A DNA stretch of 63,834 nucleotides, the filler included, from Platydemus manokwari (lineage: Eukaryota): NCBI GenBank assembly GCA_037951405.1. It is 6 parts of 6 records of this genome, joined end to end, with 100 filler letters (N's around TTAATTAATTAA, not from the genome) between each part and the next. Parts side by side here need not be neighbours in the genome. Positions count along the whole stretch, not along the records: positions 9,137 to 22,732 come from JBBMOY011673624.1; positions 22,833 to 32,406 come from JBBMOY011230432.1; 4 more parts are not named here. One strand, given 5' to 3'. Positions 12,314-26,400 of the stretch are shown in pieces. Each line of letters starts with the position of its first letter. The first letter of the stretch is position 1. Under the pieces are notes generated by a model. That model saw only the letters and a list, made by a program, of their open reading frames with translations, was not told the origin of the DNA and did not search any database. The position numbers and the translations under genes were made by a program.

Positions 12314-13056
12314 CATATATATATATATATATATATAGATTAGTGAATACACAATGTATATATGCTCCCGAGTACTACGGTAACAAAAGCTTGAGATTTT
12401 ATGAAAATAAATAAATGAAATCCAAAGATAATTTAAAATGCAAAATTACAATTTATAAAATAAATTAATTAAAACACAAAACGAAAAATTAAAAAGGAAA
12501 AAAAGAAGCAAACCAAACCATTGATTTGTTGTTTAAAAAAGTAGTTAATTAGGCTTTGTCAAGCTAAAACGGAGAAAACAGAAAACCATGATGCTATGAT
12601 TCGTGTTGATTCATAGCAGATACAGAAAAAATTGGCGACACGTGTCACCAATCAGAAGAAAGCTATGTATTGTCAATAAAAAGCCCAACAGGTTGACAGG
12701 CATTTATGCTTATGACTTGGCCAGAATAGAAGAGTATAAATATCGCCTTTCCAGTCAGTTGTTCGTACGTAAATATCTGTCATAAAATTTTCACGAGTGC
12801 AAAATCTCCATTGGCTAGAGATTGAATTAGATTTCTTCATTGTTAATATTTCAAATATATGTAAACATTTTTCAAGATAAATGTGAAGACATTTGAGAAG
12901 ATATTTAATCTGAAGAGAAGACTTAAACTAGAAGATTTCGAGGGTAAATTTTTATTGGAATTTTGATTTAAATCAGGCCTAGGCTATTAATAGATCATTC
13001 GATCTTACTTAAAGGAATATAACTTATTCATTGTATATGCTCATTTTCATTTATAT

Positions 13057-13305
13057 CTGAGAGGCTTTTTCGCGAACCTCTGTCTGCAATGAACAAAGCA
13101 CATCATCGTCATTGTAAATCGTATTTTGAATTAACAGCAAAATAAATTTTCGATCATTTATTTTGATTTGATGCAAATTGTGTGAAGTGCGTAGGAAATT
13201 CTTCAAAAATCATGATCAAAAACCCTGAAATGAGGTCTAGAAAGATATACACAGTACCAAATACCACTCAATATCCAATAACAGGCCTTCGCGAATAACT
13301 CCCAG
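13057..13305. mobile_element. Possible old MITE (imperfect terminal inverted repeat)
   Basis: CTGAGAGGCTTTTTCGCGAACCTCTGT vs the rc of the right end CTGGGAGTTATTCGCGAAGGCCTGT. No TSD is visible. Confidence 0.35.
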
Positions 13306-16300
13306 CCTTTTTGATTCTTGTCTTTACTTTTTTTGATTTCTTATTTGTGATTGGTGTTCTGTTTGAGTGAAATGAAGGTGAAATTGGAATTATATTTTAT
13401 CATCTCCGAATTAATTATTAATCGCAACAATCTGTTTAGTTAACCAAAACACATTTATTATGATAATATTAAAATAATTTAAAAAATAATAAAATCTCTT
13501 GAAAGACAGAGACTAAAATAGAGAAAACAATATTGAAATGATCTTATAAGATTATGTGATGATGTTTAAATGCAAGTCACGTCAGATAAATACTGGTTCA
13601 TGATTTAAAAAGCTGATTAAAAGATGAACCAAAATAATCCCACGACTAAAGCTTTAATATACACCAAATAATCATCAGTTCCAATGTCAACCATGACCTC
13701 CTCGGTGGTATTGCATTCATTTTATTGTATTATAAACGCACAAACCTTTATAGCATACATTGTAACCAAGGTATGGATGATTGACCTCCAACAAATGCGC
13801 AATGGATTTAAAACTGGCATCGTATATTATTTATTTAATATATTTATAATGTTTTGACTACTCAATGTTACCATAACCATATTACTGTGTAACAAACAAT
13901 CACAGTATTACAGTAAAAATCAATCAAAATCTCATTAATAGTACTTCTTTTATTTTTTTTTAACATAATACATAAAGCCTCCTGGCTTCATGGTTGATTA
14001 AACGAAAACGATTGTTGAGAAGAAAATTGAAATATTTCTGCAACTAACAAAGGCTTACAAAATAATAGTCACTGCATTTTCAATTTTAAAATATACTTGG
14101 TCAATTTATCAATTGCAGTCCACATTGGTAAGCAAATTACTTTATCTTTACAATGATCTTGTCTGGTAAATGATTCGTCTCAATATCAATTAATTACTAC
14201 TTGCAGCCATTATCAAAGAGTAACGATGAGACCGCATGTGAAAATTTGATAGAAATTTATAGTTAATATTAAAATTGAAAACAAAATTATAATTGAAAGT
14301 AAAATTTAATTGATAAAAGCTTAGAAATGGAAATAATTAATGTTTTGAAATATTTCTCCGAATTATTATCGATTGTTCTAATTTTTCATTTTATATTTTG
14401 AAATTTTTAATATCATTATTATAATTTTTTATTTCGACCTTCTGAATAAATCTCATTTAATAATCTGTTTTGGAATCCACATATCTTTACTCAATTTCAT
14501 TTTTATCTGCCCTTGGTTACCGTGAAAAAATTTGTGAGAATTTCTTGATTGAATCATTGATATTGTAAACAGATATTTTACCGATTCGTTGTCTGAACAG
14601 TTCTTTCGAATGAGACATCAAATCCATAATTTACCTGAAATGACGTCATACAATCTCTTTGTATATTTGCAATTAGTTTCTCATCTTTAAATTGACTGTG
14701 AAATCTGTTTCTAAACATTACGTCATCAATATTTACATTTTTGTATAAAATAAACTCGATATAAGTACTCTCGGTAAATAATTTTTCCAGATTAGATAAA
14801 AATTATACATGGCTAATTTTACAAATTCTAAAATTGTGAATTCTATCATATGAAATTCGTCACACAAAGAAGATATTAATCAAAATAATATTTTCCATAA
14901 ATATTTGCAATTTTTTGATTTTGTTGAAACAAAGATGGGAGTTCAAACAAAACATAGGAGTCAAGAAAAATGGACGATCATAAATACCGAAACAATTATA
15001 GGAGAAATGCAAAAAAATACAACCAACCAATCAAAACCGTGAATCCAATTAGTAAATTACCTAGTAATGTAGATTTCATCAACAACAGATACCTCAATAA
15101 GAATTCTATAAGACCTATTATTAATCTAAAGGGTATCATTATGATATTTACTGGCAACTGCTGGTGAATTCCTTTTGTTTACTCTTTTCAAAAAAGTTAC
15201 CCGTTAACGAACGATCATCAACAGTAACAATAAATTGCTGTTAGAAGTTAAATATTTGAAAGTAAAAGCTCTCAACAAGCATGACCAAATATGATAAAAA
15301 TTCTCTTGGGTTTATTTTCTTCAATTTTAGACTTAATTCACCTTCAAATATGGACAAGATTTTCAAAAGAAAAGGAATACACAAATCATGCACGAGTATA
15401 ATCGATAATTACCATTGTTGATATATCGGAATATTAATCACCTAATATAATAATCACCTCATCACAACTTATTAATTTTCAGCTCTTTATTGTCTAGATA
15501 TCGGACGAGTCATAGACCTATAATTTATAAGATTTATTACTTTTGAGCTTAACATTCTGAGTAGAATTAAAAACCAGGTACTTGAGTATCAAGCACAAAT
15601 TTATGAAATGCGATATAAAATCACTGAACATAATAAACATATTTAAGTTTTGAAATATTGATTTACTCAATTGTTGTTACTTTCTGAAATAAGTCAAATA
15701 TTATAAGACATTATTAAATTTCTGCTACAATTGTTTAATTTGTTTTAATTTCTGTCAACTATAATTGATAGGAAATTAAATTGAATTGATTGTGTATCTC
15801 ACTCGAGGTGTTCTTTGTGATTATTGATTATCCTAAGTACAAGTAATCATATTCTAAAACATAATAAAGAGACAATTAATTGAATAATATAATGCAATTT
15901 GGAGTATCAAAATGTAATAATCGAAGACAAGTACTAAATCAGGTCAATTTATGAAGTATCGAATAACTAGAATCTGAATGAATTTTGTATTTGGTTTATT
16001 ATTATTATCGGAATACGCTGAATTTAACAACACTAATGATACCTAGTCCTCTAACAAAAGTCATATCTTAATCGGATCTAAGATCTAAGTCTTGTATTGA
16101 AACATAAGTTCTGTTTAAAGAATTTAACTCTTAGTTCACTTTAAATCTCTTTAGCGTTAAAACAGCATCGATAGTTTCGGACGATTTTAAGCAACGAATG
16201 CATTAATTTAATGAGGGTTGACGAACCCTATGGATCGGGCAAGATGATTGTAGATAAGTGAATTTATTAGTTCAAAGAAGGTTGTGGCACTCAATGAATC

Positions 16301-18107
16301 GTCAAAGATGATTACAGAAATTTGAGTTTTACGAATTTATGATTGATTGACGAACCTTATGCAATAACAGAATCTGAGTCACAAATGGGGTGCAGCACTT
16401 ACAACTATGTAAAATTACATTACTAAGCCTCTGATAAATTTCTTATATATGAAATATCCATACCCAGTTTGTAAAAAATGTCTGTGAAATTTCATTATAG
16501 GCCTATGTTACCATAAATATATAGCATAAAGATAACACTGATAAACAGAATATATTTGGACAAAAAACAACAAAAGACCAAAAAATGAATTTGTCATAGG
16601 TCTCTCCATACTGGTTGCCAGAGTAACATACTGAACTATCAAAGATTAGTTAAAATAACAAAGAATAACGATGGTTTACCTTCTAACAGAGTGCTGATAA
16701 TCTGTTAAATATTGATCTGGAATTGATATAAATTATTCTTACGTACTGAACTGACCTGCAACTGATTTGATCTTAGATTAATTCTAATTAAATTTTGCTA
16801 TAAGTGCGATGGGATTTCGCACCATATGTGTACTACAGAAATAAACACTATTACCCACTATTCGAACCTGACATTTCAGAAAGCAATATCAAAAATTGAT
16901 ACTGTTCTAAAGCATAACAAAGACAATATTTAGTCAAGGAGCCACGATTTCAAAACAAATAGCAATGAAAGACAATGCTCTTTGTGCCTTTGGTATTATA
17001 GAATGTAGTTACAAGCTAATTTCGCATTTCCCTTCGAGTCTCTGACATCTCATTTCAATAATTCGCACTGTCTTTCATGGTTTATGCATTACATAAGGAA
17101 GTATTCAAGCATTGCCATATAGCAGAAGCAGTGGATTTAGTATTGGAGATCTTTCGAATTCATCAAGATTTAAATCAAGCCTATGTTTTGTAATGATTGT
17201 GTAATCACTATACAAACTGATTTATCCGTGATTCCAATTATTACTGTTTTCATTTGCTCTTTCAACGAAGATTTGCAGTTCGACATCTAGACTTCATCCG
17301 GGTTTCAAACTTAAAATGGCTCACCCCAAATCCTATTCGGGTGCAGTCATATGGTCATGCTACCATTTAATTGTATTCTCTGCTTTTCAATTTCAATGTA
17401 TTCTGTAATTGAATAATATATTTATCGATAAAATCCACTTCCTTTTGTCTAACTAATTACACTCTGAATGATAGAAAAATAAATGATGACACTACAATTT
17501 GAATTTATTTTATTAAAACACTAAATAATAAAACGTAAACAAGAAGTGGGTAACTTTTTATCACTCAATTTATAAATACTCTGAAACAATTGATTTAATC
17601 GAATATCTTTTCAGAATTTACCGAATATAATAATCAACAATTACATCGTACAAGGAAATCTATTCCTGATTCATTCCACTATTTTCTGGAAAAAGAATTG
17701 TTAAAATCAATTTATTTATAAATCGAGTAAGATATAGAAATTGAACCAGAACATTATCATATTTGATATTGCTTACATTTCTCATTTATTGATGTCTTTA
17801 TTTTTTTAAACTAACCATTTAAAAATTGTTTTGCAAAATGTTTTCAAACTCCAACATTGTCGAATGACAAAATAATATTCTTTCTTTTTAACTATTCGTA
17901 TTCGAGGACAAATAAATCGAAATGTTTACATATTAATGAAAACTGTAATTTTAATTAAATTTCTCTTGATAATGTTATCAATGTAAATTCACTTTCAATT
18001 AAATCACATGTCTTAATAATTATGAAAAAAATAATGATTTTGGTTAATAATTGCATTTCATCGATTATTAATATTTCTCAATTGATTTACTATAAATGAA
18101 TTATATA

Positions 18108-18634
18108 TAAGATTGGGACGAAAGTCTTGTCCGATAGAAAATAATATTTATTTAACCAATAAAGAAAATATGTAAATTGAGAAATATAAACAAAACACCA
18201 TTCATCTGTAAATCTGAAAAGATGAAAATAGTCACTTTTAAGGCTCACACTTTTTTCGCTGGGAATTTTTCACAGACACAGTACCAGTGCCAAGCACGAA
18301 GTTAATTTTTTTCTCAATTGTTGGCGCATTCTTTCCATCTTTCCACAAAAGATACGTCAGCTGTTTCAAGTCGCTTTGCTTAAACTCCATTTCCCACAAA
18401 ATAATATTTTTTAAATGATAGCTATCTCAAACAATTATTTAATGATAAGATAGAAATTAAACATTTAAAAAAGGATTTGATAATGCATTTAAACTAAACA
18501 TTTCTTCATAAAACACTGAATGTTTTAGATTTACAGATGATTGATGTTTTGTTCATATTTCTCAATTTACATATTGTCTTTATTGGTTAAATAAATATTA
18601 TTTTCTATCGGACAAGACCTTTGTTCCAATCCTA
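18108..18634 (-). mobile_element. mariner deletion derivative with about 105-bp inverted termini
   Basis: Long TIRs (TA[A/G]GATTGG[G/A]AC.AA.GTCTTGTCCGATAGAAAATAATATTTATTTAACCAATAAAG...CATCTGTAAATCT) with TA on both flanks. Minus ORF 18390-18238 reads MEFKQSDLKQLTYLLWKDGKNAPTIEKKINFVLGTGTVSVKNSQR, resembling the Mos1-type first HTH. Confidence 0.88.
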
Positions 18635-21604
18635 TAATTTAAAAAATTTTTATAAATGATATTAATATTTAATAACATTAACTATCAAAGATGATTAAAA
18701 TTTCAGCCTAATCTAATAGTTGCATAGATATTTAACAATAAATTCAATCATATTTTTATGTCAATCGCCTAAATACTAGTTGACATTGAGATAATTTTGA
18801 ACAAAATTCATGCCAAAGGAATGTTTTACTAAATTAGTGAGTTACAACAATTATCTTGAAGAGTTATATGTAAAACACTAATATTTGTAATTATTTTCCA
18901 GCTATTCATCATGAAATGGATTAAATAGAATATTGGTAAATTGGAAATTATAAATACTAAATAATTATAAATTTATAAATACAAAATATAGTATTTGAAT
19001 GTCCCAGATAAATGTAATAATTGTATAATGAGAATCAGGGAGAAATTAGTCACAAGAAATCAGATGTTGTAAATATATTTAAATAGCTATTTTATATTAT
19101 CGAGTGTCAAAAACGACTAGAAATTACGGACAATAACATTTAATTAGGAATAAAAGGTATTCATACCAACATGTGACACTCATAACTTTAATAGCTAAAC
19201 AAAGGTTTCTAAATTAACACTATAATTGTACTTCAAGTTTCAATCGAAGCATGCCAACATGAAATAAAGAACTATCAAATTGAAGCAAATAATGAAGAAA
19301 ACATGCAATTCAAAACATTTAAACAGAAATTAGAAATCTTGAACAAATAAAAATCAATGCACAAGATATTCGTTGGTACTCAGAAAATCAATGGGACTCT
19401 TGACAAAATGCCAATGTCGGGCTGAACTCATTGTAATCCTGACATACGTTTTTTTGATTTTTATTTTTTCCTGAATGAATTCGATTTTCAAGCCACTGCT
19501 TGGTGTGATGATATTTGTTGAATACAAGAATTCGACAGCGAACGCTTGGCGTAGGAGAAATGAAATTCGAACAACCAGTGTGGACAAATATCGCGAGTTA
19601 CATCTCATTCGTTAGAAAATCTAGGGGGCAATCCATCCAGCAAGTCTGTTTCTTAATTATCAGATTCGTAGGCGTCGCAGATTAGGCATAATCCAAGGAA
19701 TCTCTCAAGCAATACAAGTCAAGATGTATGACACTTACATAATGAGGGTGAAAACATGATCACCGAAGATATAGTGGATGAAAAGGAAGAACGACTCTGC
19801 AGGAATGCAAATTTGAACTTTATAAATCATGACGGTAGCGTCAGACCAGGCAAACATAACACTAAATATTTTACCCTGCAAATTTGTTTACCAAAATGCT
19901 CCTGGTCAAATCTAATAACCCAGCATACTAAATTTATTAAGTTGGTTTTCAAAAGATCTTTAACCATGTGTCACTCCAGAAACAATCATGATTTGCATTC
20001 TTTTCATTTTCTTATCATTCGCTTAAAAATGTAATCCCGTAAATAGAATTTTTTCGTTTTTAGCAAATAATATTTATATTTCGTCTAGAGCTCTATAAGT
20101 AGCAAATTACAAAGTAAGAAGTATGTCCAGACTCAAAATCCCTTAAGAAATTTTATTTTCATCCACAAAATAGACCATTAATTGCAATATTGCAAATTCA
20201 GTATATTCATTTTTAGAAAACAAAATTACCATTTTAATCTTTGATCTTAAATTAATTTGTAGTTAATTAAAAAATTTAAAAAAATATTTTAAACAAATTT
20301 AGTCGCCTTTTGGTAGCGCCTCGCAGGTCATATTTTATATTCTTTTTAGCATCAATACTTTTGTTTTCAGGAATATCAATTTCACCAATATTTTTAATTT
20401 CATTTGGTTTTTGTACAGTTTTAGGGTTAGTCCGAAGAATTATACAGATAGACACTTATAGCAGAATTGATCATCAAACAATATAATTGTTATCTTGGAA
20501 TATATTAAAAAATGAGGTTAAATTTTATTTAATAATTTTGAACATTAAAAATTGTGATTGCATGATTAAAAGTCTATTGAGAACCTAATATATAAAAATT
20601 TCGACTAAAATCAATTTTAATAAACAAAAATCGGATTCAAAAGTAGCTATCAAACTTAAAAAAAGTTAATATTCAAATAACAAATATATCTGAATATCCA
20701 ACAATTTACAAATTCAAATTTTGTCTCAGGCCAATAAAAAATTTTGTACTAACTTTTGAATAATTACTGCTAACGAGAAAATAATTTACTTCATAAGTAT
20801 ATCATTAAATAAATAAAATCAAACTCAAGTGTCACAAAATTAATTAATACAACTCAAATGACATCTTTCAATTAATTAATAAAAGCCATTTATATCGATA
20901 ATAATTAATAACCTTTCGAAATAATTGATGTAATTGAAAGATAGAGGTCTATACTAATATAATCCTAAATAATTATTTAAATCAACATATCGCATGATTA
21001 GGAACATTTATTTGTAATATGATAATACAATTATTCAAAAAATTATTTTAACTGAATAAACAAAAATAAATTTTACTTACTGTCAACTTGTCATTTTTAT
21101 TTATTTCACCAAATAATTGTTGTATTCACTTTAAAATGTTATTCTTCATTTTAGTCATAATGGCAGTACATTGTAAATATATAATTACAAATACATATTT
21201 AAAAAATTGTAACAAATTCAATGATGAATACTGTATTGAAACAAAATTATTTTGAAACTAAATAAAAAATTGTAAAGAAATTTATATTCAGCTTTATCAT
21301 TAAAAATTTTTTATTAATATATATTTTTTTAATATTTCTATTTTTAAGAAACTAGAGAAAATTATATGATATTGTATACAAATTATACTTCCAGGTTAAT
21401 AATTCAAATACGAGCAGCAGTTTAAATTCATGAAATTAATAAACTTCATTTATTCACTTCATTCAATCAAATCACAAGCAAAAATTAATAAAGAAACAGA
21501 CATCCCTCAATCGTGATTCAAGCACAAACTATTATTTAAACATTAATGAAAAACAAAAATAATGCAAAAAATTATAACCTAGAATAATTTAGTGGTCACA
21601 GGTA

Positions 21605-22221
21605 TTCCACAACGGTCAACGAATTCTTTTTTACCGAACGTATTAATAGGTGAAGTTCAGTAATAAGAAAGTTTTTTCAATTTAATTAAGTACCAATGCC
21701 AGTCACTGATGGTTGAAGCCCTTTCAGGGCAAGTACCTTTACATTACAAATTTTTTTTTATTTATAATCAATATTTGTGTGTCACTTTAATTATAATTAC
21801 AATCTTCATTTCCAGTTTATCATATTTCTAAACAAGAATCATACAATCTATGATTTATTCACTGCCAAGGTTCAGATAATTGCTCTAATAATTCTGCCCA
21901 TACATCTTTACCTGACTTTCTAATTTATCATTCAAATTATTGACAATTTATTATGATTAACTTGAGAGAGTAGCATCACCAAGCAAAATCTTCATCATAT
22001 GTATTGAAAAATTGAAAAGTTTTTGGGGATTTTTACAAACATAATGAGCATGATTGTAATCTTAAATACATGATACAACATTACTTACTGAGTCTGGCTA
22101 TCTAATATTATTTGTTGGTGTTTTGTGTCTTTTACTATTTAGATATTACGTGAGTTCTGTATGCTACCGGTTGAAGCGCAATGTCAATCCGGTAGGTGCG
22201 TGCTCCTAGGTTATTATTATT
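21605..22221 (+). mobile_element. Degraded non-LTR retrotransposon 3' end with terminal stem-loop and (TTA)n tail
   Basis: RSTNSFLP-like C-terminal RT motif near 21610, a T-rich 3' UTR, a hairpin CTACCGG...CCGGTAG at 22164-22195, then TGCGTGCTCCTAGG and TTATTATTATT. Confidence 0.45.
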
Positions 22222-22732
22222 CAAAAACAAATGATAATTCAAAAAAACAAATAACTAATTATAAAATATATTTGCCCTTATAACAAGTGTTAAAATAAAT
22301 ACAAGCAAATTATTTTCACAACCAAACCAAAAATCAGTTTATTCACCACACAGATTGGAAAAGATTTTCAACAAGGGAAGGCTCCGATAACGAACCTCCT
22401 TTGTGTTGATATAGAGTTTATAAATATAAATATATATTTTAACAATATGGGCGGGCCCCTCAACTATATTTAAATGTCACACCTTTATGTTCCTTTGCGT
22501 CGTTTATTTTATCAACTCTTCACTGAATATCGCCGAGTACTTTTAATCGTTAGTTAAATTCGCCTGGTAACTTTTCGAGCTAAGTTTTTGTGAGTGAAAA
22601 TAGTGGCTTTGCCACTCCTTATATAGTGTTTTCTAGGACGGATTCTGAATAATCATTTTAAATTATTATTTTCTTTTTTCTTATTGGATATTGGAATTAT
22701 TTTTCAAATCCGCCTAGATTAATAATTTTGAT

Positions 22733-22832
22733 NNNNNNNNNNNNNNNNNNNNNNNNNNNNNNNNNNNNNNNNNNNNTTAATTAATTAANNNNNNNNNNNN
22801 NNNNNNNNNNNNNNNNNNNNNNNNNNNNNNNN
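22733..22832. other. Artificial contig spacer
   Basis: 44N-TTAATTAATTAA-44N. Confidence 0.98.
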
Positions 22833-23438
22833 CTAATTAATTGTCAAAATATTTCATTCCATAATACACAAATATTTTTTAATTCTTTCACATGCAAATC
22901 CCTTAATATTTCCAAACAAGAAATATATGACTTATACCACTTTCATAATCAAGGGCACAAATATAATTGAAAATTTTAAGCAACATATAGATATATTTTC
23001 TGGATTATCAATAATGGAATAATTCCAATTATTTTGAGAAAAATTATTGCATATTATATTTATTAGGTTATTATTAATACTAAAATTATTCATTTATTTA
23101 TATGGTTTATAAGGTAATGGGTGTAAATATGATTTCAGTCACAACCAATTCAGAATAGCTATTCAGGTTAACTTAGCTATTTAAATGAGCCAATTCAGAT
23201 AATATAATATGCAGGATCCGATTTTTAACCCCTCTAAATAAATTGGTTCAGCAGGTTACCGAAGCCTCAATCAGATCAAAATTGCGAAGAAAGTATGAAT
23301 ATATCCAATTAGATTTCATAATCAAATATTGTAAAATTTCTTTAATATATTCATTGATACAAATTTCATTTGCATATTATATTATCATTAAAAAATTATA
23401 AAATTTAAAATACATTTACAATTTATAAAAAAACTTAC

Positions 23439-26400
23439 ATAAACTTGTTTATTTATTTCATCTTTATCATTTCCAAATGAAACAATCAATTTCGATTGTG
23501 TATTCACATTTATTGTCAAATCTACAATTGTTACTATTGTTCCCGATTTCGGTAATAACTCGATTACGAAACTCAATTTTCCATCACTGATTTTAACTTC
23601 ATTCTCGTCTACAATTATTTATTTTATTTTATTTATTTATCAATATATATTCTCATTTACTTGTAAATAATTGTTCTACATTTTTTACTGAAACGTTTGT
23701 TACATTTTTGATAACTACTTTCATTCGATCGGACTCTATTAATGTTACTACCTTTTTCTCACATACTTCAGCAGTAGTAACAGTTGATTGAGTTGTTGGT
23801 ATTGACATTGTCGTTGTAATAGCTGATATATTTTATCATTTTTATCTTTATCAGTATTTACTTACCAGATTTTTCGCAGATAAATATTTCCAATTTTTTC
23901 ATTTCAAAATTTTCATTAGATACGGATTGTATTTTGAATTGAATATACTGAAAGTTTTCACCATCTGTGTCTATTGTTTTGAACATTTTTTCCAGTTGAC
24001 CTTTACCTTTGATATTCTTGAAAAATAAAATATTTGTCAAACTTTCACAAGTTGCTATGATAATTTTCATTAATAATTATTGTTGGAAATTACTCGATAT
24101 CATTTAGAATATTAATTATTTCATATCATATGTTAAGAAAAGAATTTTTAATTCTATTTCATTTTCCTGTTCTATTTATTTATGCTTATTAACTTTCTAA
24201 GTCCAATAAATATTTTTATTGTCAAATATTTTTTTAAAAATTTAATGTTTATCAAAAGGTTATTTAAAAATTACTGAACATTTTATTTTCTAGAAAGCCT
24301 GTTTACGTATATTAAAAAATATCATCATTAATCATTGTTATCCATATAAGGTTTTTAAAATTTCCATTTTATTTTAATATATTTTAGTTCTATAAATTCT
24401 AAAACATACATATAGATTGTGATTGACATCATCCACTTTATTTCCGAATGTTACTTGTAGTTTGAATTCTTCTGAAACGTCAATTTGAAATCCGACTATG
24501 ATTGTTCCAGTTCTACTCTGAGGATGCAGTCTTAAAGTGAAACTTACCGTTTTCGAATTTGTTTTCCAAACTGATCCGTCAGCTGGTAAAAAAATATTAG
24601 TGGTTTTAATGGTATTATTTAAAAATTTATATTTATAAATATCATTTAATTATTTCAAGAATTCTTTTACTACTTTATTTATTAGATATGGTTTAGAATA
24701 TTTTATATCAACGAGAATCATTGATAAAGTTCTTCTTGTCGATTTATATTGCGAGAATTTTTAAAGTTGGCATTTTGTTAAACTTTTTAATATCATAGAT
24801 TTAATTATTCTATGCATTTGCAACTAAAATTAACCTTTGAATAATTTTTCGACGTCAGTTTTAGATCCGTTTTGTACACTCACAATAGTAGCTTCGGAAT
24901 CGCTTGTAGGTCTCCATTTTATTAGTCTTGACACACACCTTTCATATGTTGTGGTAGAATGAGTTACAGTCCATGTCGTTGATGCTATTCAGTATTCATA
25001 GAATTAATAAATATTAGATCAAGTGTTTCAAGCAAACTTGTTGGCTGACATTCGCAGCATTTGTCTTGATATAATTTCAAAGCACTTCCTGAACTACACG
25101 TGATAAGACAAACTCGACTGACTTCGACTGAATTATTTCTTCTGCATCTTATTTGCTCACAACTTCCAGTTAGTATCACTTCATCAATTTTCAATATTTT
25201 TCCTTTATAATAACATCCTGTTGGGATTGTGGTTGAATATAAAGGTGGAGCAAATGAAGAAGTGCAATTGAGCTCATCTTTTCCGTCCGAACATTCAGGA
25301 ATTCCGTTGCAACGACGAGCACAATGACCATTTTTACATAAAACAAATGATTCTTCCGCACAGTCTATATGTTATTGTAAAGATTTTATTTTAATTTTTT
25401 TCAAACAGCTTACACAACAACGTTGACGTAATACATTTTGGATCTGGTTTACATATAAATTGATTTGTAGATTCTTGGCACTCGCTGAAAATTCATGGAG
25501 TTAAGATTTGAAATTAACAAATTTTATAAATTCTTTAATTGTTTTCACGATGATAATTGTGTTATTCATTAAATAAATCATAAAATGCGAATTTTAAAAC
25601 AGAAACCATTTTTTATAAAATACGTCTTAAATGATTTTTACGTTTTAAGAATAAGATTGGTCATTCTGTAGTGAAAGCCTTTCATTGATCAGTATAATAT
25701 TTATGACAGTGACTTTTTGTCGAAATAAGAAAAATTTACAAAGAAAATAAAACCTATTAAATAAAAATTCAAACTTATCCATAATAAACCAAAAAATGTA
25801 ACTTACCAATTTAAGCAATTTTTATTAACTTTATCTCCTTTTACATATCTTTTCTCGTCGTCTGGAAATCTGCAGAAACATTCGCTTTCTTTGATACATT
25901 TATCTAAAATTATAAAATAATGTTATATGTAAAATTAGCAGGTTATTCAACTTGATCCTTCTTCTTCTACAAGTCCCTGTTCGCATGAGCAACCTTCGAC
26001 ACAATTATTTTTACATTCTTCATGTACAGTGTTATTAAGATTAGGCTTGAAGCAATTCCGAGGACAGTTATCGATACAGGTTCGAAATGTTTTATTTGGT
26101 GGACACATAACAGCTACAATCATCGTAGTTTATAATATCATCAATTAATCTATAATAATTCTAGCTTACGACATAAGTCATTTGATCTCCATTTGTAATC
26201 AATTCCAAATTTCTTACAAGATGTGTAAAATGCCGATAAGGCAGAACACATGCATTCACAATCTCCTCCTTTATTGCAAGAACAAGTATCACTGAGGCAT
26301 TTCTGATAATAAAGTTCTGAGTCGACTTTCTTATGGCATTCGGCATATTTCTTATCCTTTATCAATATGCACATTTTATCAGCCCATATCTCTCGCTCGG

